Positions 30,797 to 40,252 of a DNA stretch of 64,000 nt are shown here, piece after piece. The DNA is taken from NCBI GenBank assembly GCA_965238005.1, contig OZ250165.1:3680001-3744000 (forward strand). The letters run 5' to 3'. The notes beneath the pieces were generated by a model, which ran no database searches, was not told the origin of the DNA, and was given only the letters and a program-made list of their open reading frames with translations. Each line of letters starts with the position of its first letter. Positions within the stretch are counted from its first letter, which is position 1. Both the position numbers and the translations under genes were made by a program. Source of the DNA: Longimicrobiales bacterium. GTDB taxonomy: Bacteria; Gemmatimonadota; Gemmatimonadetes; Longimicrobiales; Gaopeijiaceae.

Positions 30797-30826
30797 CGAC
30801 CGGCGCTCCCGCGGAGTCCAGTCGAC

Positions 30827-33800
30827 CTATGGCTCACGTCGCCTGACGTCCCGGTCTGTGATCGCCAGGGCCGCGGCGTCGTGCACCGCTCGTCGGAGCG
30901 GAACGTGCTTCGAGTTGTCCCGCGTCGGGTTCACCCGGTTGGTCAGCAGCACGACGAACAGGTCGAGCTCGGTGTCGATCCAGATGGATGTCCCCGTGAA
31001 CCCGGTGTGCCCGAAGGCGCTGGAGGTGAAGTAGTCCCCGGCCGAGGATCGCCCGCTGGGGGTGTCCCAGCCCAGCGCGCGACTGGCCGAGGCGTCATGG
31101 CGCTCAGTGAAGAGTCGCAAGGTGGCCTCGGAGACGAAACGCACGTCCCCGGAGGCGTCGGGGGCGCAGATCATGCCGTCTCCAGCGGCGGGCGCGTCTC
31201 CCCGCTCGCAGCCCTCGATACGGCCCCCGTTCAGGAGGGCCTGCGCCAGGACCGACAGGTCGGACGCCGTGGAGAAGAGGCCTGCGTGGCCGGCCACCCC
31301 CCCGATGGCGTACGCGTTCTCGTCGTGGACCACGCCGTGCACGTGGACGTCCCTGAAGATCGTGTCCACCTCGGTGGGCGCGATCCGTCCTCGCAGCTCG
31401 GATCCGGGACGGAACCCCGTGTCTGCCATTCCCAAGGGGTCCCACACCTGCTCCTCGAGGAAAGCGTCGAGGCTCAGGCCGGTCACCTCCTCGATAATGA
31501 ACGCCACCGTCATGGACCCGATGTCGGAGTAGACGGTGCGTTCTCCCGGCGTGTACTCGAGCGGGAGATCGCCGATGGCGTCCTCGTAGGCGCTCCGCCC
31601 CTCCATCTCCAGATAGAAGCGACGGAAGGGGGGCAGGCCTGCACGGTGGAGCAGGAGGTGTCGGACAGTGACGCCGGCCTTGGACGGGTCTCCTCTGCCC
31701 CACCACGGAAGATAGTCCACTACGGCCGCATCCAGATCGAGCCGGCCTTCGTCCACCAGGATCATGGCCGCGGTGGTCGTGCCTACCACCTTGGTGAGAG
31801 AGGCCAGATCGTAGATCGAGCTCGCGTTGGCGGGTCCGGCCGACGCGTCCCAATCCAGCCGGCCGTAGCCCCGGAGCCGGATCAGCTTTCCGCCGCGCCC
31901 TACGGCCACCACCACGCCGGGCGTCGCTCCGTCGCGGATGGCCTCGGTCACCAGGTAATCCAGGGCCCGGAGACGCCGGGAGCTCATCCCGGCGGAACCG
32001 GCGTCTGCCTCGAGCGCCGAGATCGACACGGCGATGGCGGCACCCGTGGCACCAGGCTCGGGGGCGGCTTTTCCTACCTCGGGATCGGGCCCGCCTGCAT
32101 TCCGGCTCGCCACTGCGACCGTGGAGTCGGTGACACCCGAGCCCGGGATCGGCCCACGAGCGCCGGCGGCGCCGGCGGCCCTGGTGAGCCCGTCCCCCAT
32201 GGTATGGAAGGGCGGGATGGATATGGGCAGCCGTCCGCCGATGGCCGTCTCGCCGAAGAGGGCGAGGACCGCAGCCACCTGCGACACCTCCCGGTCTCCC
32301 CAGGCGATCAGGTAGGCGGGTGCGTCGGGCAGAGCCACCAGCAGATACGGATTCCCGAACGAGGTGACCAGGAGCGGACGCTCCTGCCCGACTTCGCGGA
32401 TGAAGTCGGCCAATGCGTCCGGGGCGGCGACCTCACCGGCTCCCGCCCGGGGCGGCACGTAGGCGCTCACCAGCACCAGGTCGACGTCTTGGGCCCGGAG
32501 GCGCAGGGAGTCGTACGTCTCGGCCGGAGTGTCCGGGTCGACCCGAGCCCGGCGCAGCGACGCGACCCTGCCGGTCAGGGCCGGATCGAAGGCCGTGCCC
32601 GCCACCAGGTTGTCGGCTCGAGCATAGGTCACGCTCAGGATCCTCCGGGTCACTGTGGAATCCACCGGCACGGCACCTGCGCGGTCCCGGAGGAGGGTCA
32701 TGGAGCGGGCCGCCGCCGTGTCCGCGAACGCCAGGTGAGCCGCGCTCCCCACCACGTCGTCCACAGCGTCCAGATCCACCATCCGCCCGCGGTGAAGCCC
32801 GGCCCGGGCCTTGGTCTCGAGCACCCGGCGGGCCGAGGCCCGGATGCGGCCCGGATCCACGCGGCCCGCCTCCACGGCGACGACGACGGCGTCGATGGCT
32901 TCTGTCACGTCCATCGGAATGAGCAGGACATCGCTTCCGGCTTCCAGCGCCAGCACCGCCACCTCACCGGTCCCGTAGCGGTCGGCGAGGGCTCCCATGT
33001 TCAGGGCGTCCGTGAGGAGAAGGCCGCCGAAGCCAATCTCCTCGCGGAGGAGCTCGGTCATGAAGCGTGGATCCAGCGTGGCAGGAGGCCCGTCCGTGCC
33101 CTGGACCCCGGACACGATGACGTGGGCCGTCATGACGGCGTCCACACCCGACTCTACCGCCTCCCGGAACGGCACCAGCTCCACGGCGTTGAGCCGGTCC
33201 CAGTCCGCCGGAACCACCGGAAGATCCAGGTGCGAGTCGGTCCGGGTATCCCCGTGTCCCGGGAAGTGCTTCGCCGTGGCGAGCACGCCGCCCTGGTGCG
33301 CCCCCTGGATGTACGCAGCCCCCAACCGGGCCACGGTAGCCGGGTCCTCACCGAAGGAGCGCGTGTTGATGATAGGGTTGTCCGGGTTCGAGTTGACGTC
33401 CAGCACGGGAGCGAAGTTCAGGTGGACGCCGACCGCTCTCGCCTCGACCGCAGTGATGCGCCCGTACTCCCGAACGAAGCGCTCGTCCCCGATGGCTCCG
33501 AAGGCCATGGTCGGCGGAAAGCTGGTGCCGCCGCCCTGCGGGAGCATGGACGGCAGGGCGTAGGAGTGGTTGATCCGCATCCCCGGCCCGCCGTTCTCGA
33601 AGTCCGAAGTGACCAGGAGGGGGACCCGGGCCCGGGCCTGGAGCTCGTTGATCTTCGCCGCGTACGAGTGGGGCAGCCCGATGGACAGATAGATGCCCCC
33701 GATCTCGTCGTCTTCCACCCAACCGGCCCACTCGAGGAACTCGGGGCTGCTGGTCGACGCGTACGAGCCGGGCAGCCACTGGATGACGAGCTGCGCCACC

Positions 33801-34015
33801 TGCTGCCGCAGCGTGAGGGAGGCCAGGGTCCCGTCCACCCACGCCCGTGCCTCACCGTCCAGCGGCTTCGTGCCGGGAGTGAACGCCCCCGGGGCTGGAC
33901 CGGCGGCCGGGCGGGCCGGGGACGGCTCCGACCCCTCCCCCAGTCCCAGCGAGGTGCAGCCGCCGACCCACAGGATGGCCAGGACGGCCGAGAGACGAAG
34001 TGGCCTACCGCCCAC
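30827..34015 (-). CDS. GH3 beta-N-acetylglucosaminidase fused to a beta-lactamase-fold serine hydrolase (NagZ-AmiE-like), lipoprotein
   Basis: KHFPGHGDTRTDSH in the GH3 domain; SLTK (SxxK), YSD and HTG in the C-terminal domain; lipobox VGGC. Confidence 0.92.
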   Translation of the reverse strand: MGGRPLRLSAVLAILWVGGCTSLGLGEGSEPSPARPAAGPAPGAFTPGTKPLDGEARAWVDGTLASLTLRQQVAQLVIQWLPGSYASTSSPEFLEWAGWVEDDEIGGIYLSIGLPHSYAAKINELQARARVPLLVTSDFENGGPGMRINHSYALPSMLPQGGGTSFPPTMAFGAIGDERFVREYGRITAVEARAVGVHLNFAPVLDVNSNPDNPIINTRSFGEDPATVARLGAAYIQGAHQGGVLATAKHFPGHGDTRTDSHLDLPVVPADWDRLNAVELVPFREAVESGVDAVMTAHVIVSGVQGTDGPPATLDPRFMTELLREEIGFGGLLLTDALNMGALADRYGTGEVAVLALEAGSDVLLIPMDVTEAIDAVVVAVEAGRVDPGRIRASARRVLETKARAGLHRGRMVDLDAVDDVVGSAAHLAFADTAAARSMTLLRDRAGAVPVDSTVTRRILSVTYARADNLVAGTAFDPALTGRVASLRRARVDPDTPAETYDSLRLRAQDVDLVLVSAYVPPRAGAGEVAAPDALADFIREVGQERPLLVTSFGNPYLLVALPDAPAYLIAWGDREVSQVAAVLALFGETAIGGRLPISIPPFHTMGDGLTRAAGAAGARGPIPGSGVTDSTVAVASRNAGGPDPEVGKAAPEPGATGAAIAVSISALEADAGSAGMSSRRLRALDYLVTEAIRDGATPGVVVAVGRGGKLIRLRGYGRLDWDASAGPANASSIYDLASLTKVVGTTTAAMILVDEGRLDLDAAVVDYLPWWGRGDPSKAGVTVRHLLLHRAGLPPFRRFYLEMEGRSAYEDAIGDLPLEYTPGERTVYSDIGSMTVAFIIEEVTGLSLDAFLEEQVWDPLGMADTGFRPGSELRGRIAPTEVDTIFRDVHVHGVVHDENAYAIGGVAGHAGLFSTASDLSVLAQALLNGGRIEGCERGDAPAAGDGMICAPDASGDVRFVSEATLRLFTERHDASASRALGWDTPSGRSSAGDYFTSSAFGHTGFTGTSIWIDTELDLFVVLLTNRVNPTRDNSKHVPLRRAVHDAAALAITDRDVRRREP

Positions 34016-35912
34016 TGGCAGTAACCTTCAGCGGGACGTGTATCCCGTCACCCAGCTCGAAGTAGGGCGGCATGCCCGTGGGGGTCCGGCCACTGATCTC
34101 GATGCCGCCGAGGAGGGCCGTAGCCGCGGCGCGCTGGCTCACCAGAGCCGAGCTCCACGCCAGGACGTACGCCTGTGCATCCGGGAATTCCGAGATCAGG
34201 TAGGGGTTCCCGAAGGACACCACGACATGGGTGATCCTCGCGCGGGCGAGCTCGTTCACGAATTCCACCATCTCCTCCGGGAGCTCGACGCGGCCCGCGA
34301 AGTTCGAGTAGATCGAGACCACCACCAGATTCGAGCGATGCGACCGCCGCTCCAGGTCTTCGTAGACGGAGGAGTTGGTCTGGTCGTCCACCCGGGTCGT
34401 GACGAGGCGAGGATAGGTCTCGCGGAGGCGAGCGTCGAAGTAGCGGCTCGCCAGCACGTCGGTGCGGCTTCGGAACGTCACCGACATGACACGGGCCGTC
34501 CGGGTTCCCAATAGGGGCAGGAGATTCCGCTGGTTCCGGATAAGCGTGATGGAGCGCTCGGCGACCTCCTGGGCGATGCGCGTGTGCTCGGGAATGCCCA
34601 CCACCTGGGGGACAACCTCGAGGGGCACCTCGCGCTCTTCGTGGAGTCCCATCTCCTCCTTCAGCCGGAGCAGCTTCGTGACCGATCGGTCGATGCGGGA
34701 CTCGGGGATCCGCCCGTCACGTACCGCCCGAAGGATGGCGTCGATGGCCTGCGTCACGTCGGGGGGCATCAGCATCACGTCGGCCCCGGCCAGCAGGGCC
34801 ATGACGGACGCCTCTCCCCGCGGATAGAGCCGGTTCACCGCGGTCATGTCCATGGCATCGGTGAAGACGATCCCGTCGAACCCCAGGTCCGAGCGCAACA
34901 GATCATCGAGCACCCGACCGGAAAGGGTGGATGGCAGATACCCTCCGCTGACCTCCGGGACGGCGATGTGGGCCGACATCATGCCCCGGATTCCCGCATC
35001 GATGGCCGCCCGGAACGGCACCAGCTCCACCGAGTCCATGCGCTCTCGCTGAGCGCGGATAATGGGCAGAGCCAGGTGGGAGTCCACATCGGTGTCGCCG
35101 TGACCCGGGAAGTGCTTGCCCGTGGCCACCACCCCGTGCTCCTGGAGCCCGCGGACGAAGGACACACCCATGTTCGCCACCGCTTCGGGATCCTCGCCGA
35201 AGGAGCGGATGTTGATGATCGGGTTCTCGGGGTTGTTGTTGACGTCCAGGACAGGCGCGAAGGGTAGGTGGACCCCCATGGCCAGGGCCTCCAACGCCGT
35301 GATGCGCCCCATCTGATAGGCGTAGTCCGGGTCACCCGTCGCCCCGAACGCCATCAGCGACGGGAAGGTCGTAGCGCCACCCAACGCGATGTTCGTAGGA
35401 ACGTGCACCGCCCCCCAGAATCGGAAGCCAGCGCCGGTCTCCAGATCGGCCCCCACGAGGAGCGGATACTTGGAGTGGCGCTGCAGATCGTTGAGCTTCA
35501 CCGCCACGTCTGTGGGAACGCCCACCGACATGATCACGCCGCCCACGCCCTCCCTCTCGATGACGTCCACGATCCGGTCGTGGCTCTCCGTGCCCTCGGG
35601 AGCGAAGTTGCCCAGAACGAACGGCATGATCATCTGGGCGATCTTCTCCCGGAGCGTCATCTCGTCGAGGACGCGCTGAGGCCAGGGGAGAGTGGACCGC
35701 GTGGGCCGAGCCGCTTGAGCGGGGGTCGGTCTCGGAGATATTTCGCGTGGGGCCTCGCCCTCGACAGAGGCGGCCGGCCGGTCCTCGGTAGAGGTGGGGT
35801 CCTGAGCGGGCCCAGAGCTCAACGTGGAGCACGACGAAACGAGAATCGCCAGGACCCAGAGGCTTCCCGCCGGGTTACTCAGGGTGAGTCGGGGCGTGCT
35901 CCGGGTGGGCAT
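34005..35912 (-). CDS. GH3 beta-N-acetylglucosaminidase (NagZ-like), lipoprotein
   Basis: APVLDV, RSFGEDP, KHFPGHGDTDVDSH and TDAMDM; lipobox VSSC. Confidence 0.92.
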   Translation of the reverse strand: MPTRSTPRLTLSNPAGSLWVLAILVSSCSTLSSGPAQDPTSTEDRPAASVEGEAPREISPRPTPAQAARPTRSTLPWPQRVLDEMTLREKIAQMIMPFVLGNFAPEGTESHDRIVDVIEREGVGGVIMSVGVPTDVAVKLNDLQRHSKYPLLVGADLETGAGFRFWGAVHVPTNIALGGATTFPSLMAFGATGDPDYAYQMGRITALEALAMGVHLPFAPVLDVNNNPENPIINIRSFGEDPEAVANMGVSFVRGLQEHGVVATGKHFPGHGDTDVDSHLALPIIRAQRERMDSVELVPFRAAIDAGIRGMMSAHIAVPEVSGGYLPSTLSGRVLDDLLRSDLGFDGIVFTDAMDMTAVNRLYPRGEASVMALLAGADVMLMPPDVTQAIDAILRAVRDGRIPESRIDRSVTKLLRLKEEMGLHEEREVPLEVVPQVVGIPEHTRIAQEVAERSITLIRNQRNLLPLLGTRTARVMSVTFRSRTDVLASRYFDARLRETYPRLVTTRVDDQTNSSVYEDLERRSHRSNLVVVSIYSNFAGRVELPEEMVEFVNELARARITHVVVSFGNPYLISEFPDAQAYVLAWSSALVSQRAAATALLGGIEISGRTPTGMPPYFELGDGIHVPLKVTASGR

Positions 35913-35985
35913 CAAGCGAGCTCAGCAACCTCGATGTTGGGCAGAAAGAGCAGCCGAAGTGCAGATCGGAGAGCAAGCTATAGAG

Positions 35986-37278
35986 TTGCCGAGAGTGTCA
36001 CAATTCTGGCTCATACTCGCGCTCCTGACATGCATGGCCTGCAGCTCGGATGCCGACGCCGGTAGCCTCGAGGGAACCCGCACGGGCGCACGGGCCGCCG
36101 ATCCCTTATACCGAAGTACCGATGGCGAGTTCGGTCCGGTGCGCCCGGGCATCGAGGTGCTGCTCGAGGACTCCTTGCATCTCGTGGCCGGAAAGCGGGT
36201 CGGACTCATCACCAACCAGACGGGTGTGGACTCGTCGGGACGCTCCTCGATCGACCGGCTCTTCGAGCATGCGGACGTGGAGCTCGTGGCGCTTTTCACG
36301 CCGGAGCACGGTATCCGGGGCACGGCCGAAGCCGGCGAGCTGGTGAACGACGAAGTCGATTCCAAGACAGGGCTGCCGATCTACTCGCTCTACGGGACGG
36401 TCCGGAAGCCGACCCCGGAGATGCTGGAAGGGATCGACGTCATCTTGGCGGACTACCAGGACATCGGCGCCCGGTACTGGACCTATGTCTCCACGATGAC
36501 CCTGGCGATGGAGGCGGCCGCCGAGGAGGGGATTCCGATGGTGGTCCTGGACCGTCCCAACCCGATCGGTGGAGCAACCCAGGGTAACATACTGGAGCCG
36601 GCGTTCGCGACGTTCGTGGGGCGGCACCCGGTGCCCATGCGCCACGGTATGACTCCCGGCGAGCTGGCACGCTACTCCAGTGGCGAGCTCGGCATCGAAG
36701 TCGAGCTGCACGTGGCGCCGGCGGAGGGGTGGCGCCGTGACATGTCCTTCGCGGAAACCGGCCTGCCGTGGGTCCAGCCGTCCCCGAACATGCCCAGCAT
36801 CGAGAGCGCCACCCACTACCCCGGCACCTGCCTCTTCGAGGGGACCAACCTGTCGGTGGGGCGCGGAACGGACATCGCCTTCCAGCACGTAGGTGCGCCC
36901 TGGCTGGACGGGGAGGCCTTGGCCCGGACCATGAACGGCTATGGGCTCGCCGGCGTCCGCTTCGAGGCCACCCGGTTCACGCCCCGGTCCCCCGGCGACG
37001 GCAAGTTCGACGGGGTAGAGGTCTCCGGCGTGCGCCTGATCGCCACCTCGGCCGAATACGATCCCACGGAGGCAGCCGTGGCCCTCCTCGTGGAAGCCCG
37101 CAGGATGTCCGGGGACAATTGGCGATGGCTCGCGTCCCACTTCGATCGTCTGGCTGGGACCGATCGGCTTCGTGAGGCCATCGAGGCGGGCGCTGGAATC
37201 GATGAGATCCGGGAAGGATGGGACGAGGCGCTGGCCGAGTTCAGGCGGGTGCGGGAGCCGTACCTGATCTATCGGTAG
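35986..37278 (+). CDS. namZ: Exo-beta-N-acetylmuramidase NamZ (DUF1343) family lipoprotein
   Basis: VGLITNQTG, PEHGIRG, SLYG, QDIGARYWTY, LDRPNP, RHGMT, PSPNMP and SVGRGT. Start codon uncertain. Confidence 0.88.
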   Translation: MPRVSQFWLILALLTCMACSSDADAGSLEGTRTGARAADPLYRSTDGEFGPVRPGIEVLLEDSLHLVAGKRVGLITNQTGVDSSGRSSIDRLFEHADVELVALFTPEHGIRGTAEAGELVNDEVDSKTGLPIYSLYGTVRKPTPEMLEGIDVILADYQDIGARYWTYVSTMTLAMEAAAEEGIPMVVLDRPNPIGGATQGNILEPAFATFVGRHPVPMRHGMTPGELARYSSGELGIEVELHVAPAEGWRRDMSFAETGLPWVQPSPNMPSIESATHYPGTCLFEGTNLSVGRGTDIAFQHVGAPWLDGEALARTMNGYGLAGVRFEATRFTPRSPGDGKFDGVEVSGVRLIATSAEYDPTEAAVALLVEARRMSGDNWRWLASHFDRLAGTDRLREAIEAGAGIDEIREGWDEALAEFRRVREPYLIYR

Positions 37279-37282
37279 CCCA

Positions 37283-37385
37283 CTGGCGTTGTCCCCCTCG
37301 CTACTGCGAGACCCCTCGAAAAGTCGCTCGGGGGACAACACCAGGGGTTGCCGGAAAAGTCGCTCGGGGGACACCACCAGGGGTT
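37283..37385. repeat. Degenerate inverted-repeat element with a tandemly duplicated right end
   Basis: CTGGCGTTGTCCCCC pairs with GGGGGACAACACCAG. The 32-mer GAAAAGTCGCTCGGGGGACA(A/C)CACCAGGGGTT occurs at 37318 and 37354. Confidence 0.7.
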
Positions 37386-37505
37386 CACGGTAGTGCGCCC
37401 TGGAGCCTACGACAGTAGGGGCGCTCCTGTCCAGGTTGCAGGCGGCGACTCGCTCCGACAGCTTACGAGCGTTCCCGCCGAACCCTTCTCGCGACGGTGC
37501 GACGC

Positions 37506-38003
37506 ATGGTCTCAGTCCGTAGAGCTGCTCTCTTTGGCTTGCTGATCTGGCTCATCCCCTTCGTGGTTGCGTTCGCGATCTTCCCCCTGCGGGAGTCGTC
37601 ACGACCCCTCTTCGAGTCCATAATGCCCGTCGCGATCACTCTGTCGGTCGTGGTCTTCGGTGTGGCCTACTTCCGGGAAGTGCATCGGCGCCACGTTTTC
37701 GAGGGTCTGTGAGTCGGCCTGACCTGGCTGGCGATCTGCGTCCTCATCGATGCGCCCCTCATGCTGTTGGGCGGGCCCATGCAGATGACGGTGCCCGAGT
37801 ACCTCGCGGACATCGGGCTCGCCTACGGCATCATTCCGGTGGTCACCATCGGCCTGGGAGTGGCCCTCCGTTCGGCGGAGGGGAGTCGGAAAGGCGAGCA
37901 GCGAGATCCGGAGCGGAAGTCCCCCGTTGAGTCACCGGAGGAGCCGGCAAGCACGCCGGATGCCGCACCCGACGATCCGCCGGAAGCAGCCCCCGAAGCC
38001 TGA
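37506..38003 (+). pseudogene. Small four-TM membrane protein interrupted by an in-frame TGA (37710-37712)
   Basis: ORFs 37497-37712 and 37761-38003 share a frame. Read-through gives ...EGL*VGLTWLAICVLIDAPLMLL..., a continuous hydrophobic helix. Confidence 0.7.
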
Positions 38004-38209
38004 CCCACCACCTCGCCCTCGCCCCCCCACCGCATTTCCGAGCGTCAATTGCAGGAGTGAGGGTTTCGCCCGCCTGAGGGTTGGAGGCCGAAGGGCCCGT
38101 CACGGATTCCCCTCCGAAGGACTCTTCGAGCGCTCTCGCAGGAGTGAGGATCAAGCCCCCCCCAAGCATTGCGAGACTCAAGGCAGGGGTGGGGGAGTCC
38201 GCACGCCCC

Positions 38210-39070
38210 CTACCCGCCCGCGACTTCCTCCACCACCCCTGCCTTGAACGCCTCGTAAAGCGCCCTAGCCACCGGCCCCACCGTCCCGTCACCCACCGGC
38301 CGACCGTCGAGCTCGACCGTGGGTCGTACCTCGGTGGTCGTCCCCGTGAAGAAGATCTCGTCCGCGCCCCGCATCTCCTCCACCGGAATCGCCCGTTCGA
38401 CCACCGTCATGCCCATCCCCCGCGCCAGCTCCATGACGAACCCTCTCCCGACTCCGTGGAGGATCTCATGGGTGGCCGGATGAGTGGTGACCACCCCGTC
38501 AAACACGCCGAAGACATTGTTGTGGGACCCCTCGAGAGCCACACCGTCCTTGACCAGGAGTGCGTCCGCCGCCCCCGCATCCACGGCTGCCTGCTGCGCC
38601 AGCACGTTCGGAAGGAGCCCGATGGTCTTGAGGTTGACCCTGGCCCAGCGGCGATCCGGCACCATGATGGCCGAATATCCCTGTTCCCAGCGCTCCGGAT
38701 CGGGCCGATGGAAGGCCTTCGCAAAAGCGTAAACCGTGGGTAGGGTGCCCTCGGGGGGGAAGTGATGGGTCCGGGGGGCCACTCCCCGTGTGATTTGGAG
38801 ATAGACTTTGGAGACGTCCTCATCCTCGAGACCGTTCTCGGTCAGGAGGCGCAGATGCATCTCCGGGAGCCCCGCAGTGTCGTAGCCGATCCGCAACGCG
38901 TCCAGGCCGTACCTGAGACGCCCCATGTGCTGCTCCAGGCGGAAGAGGCGGCCCTTGTATGCCGGCGTCACCTCATAGAGGCCGTCCGAGAGGAGAAAGC
39001 CCCGGTCGTCCACCGAGACCGTGGCCCGCTCCTTGGGCAGGTACTCGCCGTTCAAGTATACCGTGCTCAT
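38210..39070 (-). CDS. dat: Class IV PLP aminotransferase, D-amino-acid transaminase-like
   Basis: DRGFLLSDGLYEV, YLQITRGVAPR, LKT, EGSHNN, ILHGV, ADEIFFTGT. Confidence 0.88.
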   Translation of the reverse strand: MSTVYLNGEYLPKERATVSVDDRGFLLSDGLYEVTPAYKGRLFRLEQHMGRLRYGLDALRIGYDTAGLPEMHLRLLTENGLEDEDVSKVYLQITRGVAPRTHHFPPEGTLPTVYAFAKAFHRPDPERWEQGYSAIMVPDRRWARVNLKTIGLLPNVLAQQAAVDAGAADALLVKDGVALEGSHNNVFGVFDGVVTTHPATHEILHGVGRGFVMELARGMGMTVVERAIPVEEMRGADEIFFTGTTTEVRPTVELDGRPVGDGTVGPVARALYEAFKAGVVEEVAGG

Positions 39071-39264
39071 GTCGATCCTGGAGTTGGGGGCAACTAATGA
39101 TGTCGGAAAAGATGGCTTCGGCGCTCGACTCCGCCAGCCCCATCAGCGACCAAGAGATTGCACACGCGCTCGCTCGGTGCTTCATTTAAGAAGCACCCGC
39201 CCCGGCCGAGGAGCCCAGCCCCGCGCCCAATGCCCGTTGGACACGACAGAAGGAGCCACATCCC

Positions 39265-39933
39265 ATGAGAAAGCTCTGTGCCGCCGCCGTCGCATTCCTC
39301 ATTCTCGCCCCGGCACCCGCTCAGGCGCAGGGTTTCGCCATCTCGGGCCACGCCGGCACCATTGGCGTCGGAGGCGGTGTTATCATCGGCGTCGCCCCCA
39401 AGCTCAATCTCCGAGGCATGTTCGGGCTCATTCCGGGAGACCCCGAGGTTGAGATCGAGGGCGTCGATTGGGCCTTTGACCTCCCCACGTTCATCCTGGC
39501 TACCGCGGACTTCTACCCCATGAGCGGCTTCCACCTCAGCGTGGGCGGGCTGATCATCTCCAAGGGCAGCGACATCTCCGCGGTGGGCACGGCAGCAGGA
39601 CGCACCGAAGAATTCGGAGGGACGAACTACACCCTCACCGCTGAGGACGAGCTGGTGAGCACGTTCAAGCTGAAGAGCTTCCAACCCTACGCGGGCATCG
39701 GCTTCGGGAACGGAGTCGGCAAGTTCATCGGGATCAACCTCGGCATAGGCCTAGGGTTCGGTGAAAAGCCCACCGTAACCGTGACGCCCCAGGGTCCCCT
39801 TGCCAACGACCCGATCGGCGGAGCTCAGTTCCGAGCCGACGTCCAGGCCGAGGTACAGGACATCGAGGACGACATTCCGGAGTACTTCAGGTTCTTTCCG
39901 GTCATCGCGCTCTCCATCTCCGTCGGATTCTAG
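39265..39933 (+). CDS. Outer-membrane beta-barrel protein
   Basis: Signal peptide ending AQA, GTIGVG, PYAGIGFG, terminal F; AAGGAG RBS. Confidence 0.8.
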   Translation: MRKLCAAAVAFLILAPAPAQAQGFAISGHAGTIGVGGGVIIGVAPKLNLRGMFGLIPGDPEVEIEGVDWAFDLPTFILATADFYPMSGFHLSVGGLIISKGSDISAVGTAAGRTEEFGGTNYTLTAEDELVSTFKLKSFQPYAGIGFGNGVGKFIGINLGIGLGFGEKPTVTVTPQGPLANDPIGGAQFRADVQAEVQDIEDDIPEYFRFFPVIALSISVGF

Positions 39934-40207
39934 TGTGGTGTCCCAGAAGTTCGCGAGCCACCGAGAGTGCCGAGGCGCCGGATCCGGGGTACCCGCGCCG
40001 GATGCGTGGGTCAGGCGCGACGACGAGGAATAGCAACGCGGGCACCGCGGCCGAAGGCCGTGGTCCGAGGAGGAGGAACGCCGCAGGGCCGGATGCATCG
40101 GTGCTCGAGCCGAGCGACCTTCATGCTCGTCGTGAGCGCCCAGTTGACCGCGAGACGATCGAGCGCAGCGAGATCAATGGCCGAAACACTTCTGGGACAC
40201 CACACTA
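39931..40207. mobile_element. MITE, 277 bp, perfect 20-bp TIRs including flanking TA (IS630/Tc1-like)
   Basis: TAGTGTGGTGTCCCAGAAGT (39931-39950) and ACTTCTGGGACACCACACTA (40188-40207); no transposase ORF inside. Confidence 0.88.
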
Positions 40208-40208
40208 A

Positions 40209-40252
40209 GTGTTCCGTTTCCGAAGTTCGCGAGCCACCAAGAGGGTCGGGGC
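40209..40252 (+). mobile_element. Truncated second MITE copy abutting the first
   Basis: 43/44 identical to 20317-20360 and ends directly at the ATG of the next gene. Confidence 0.85.
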
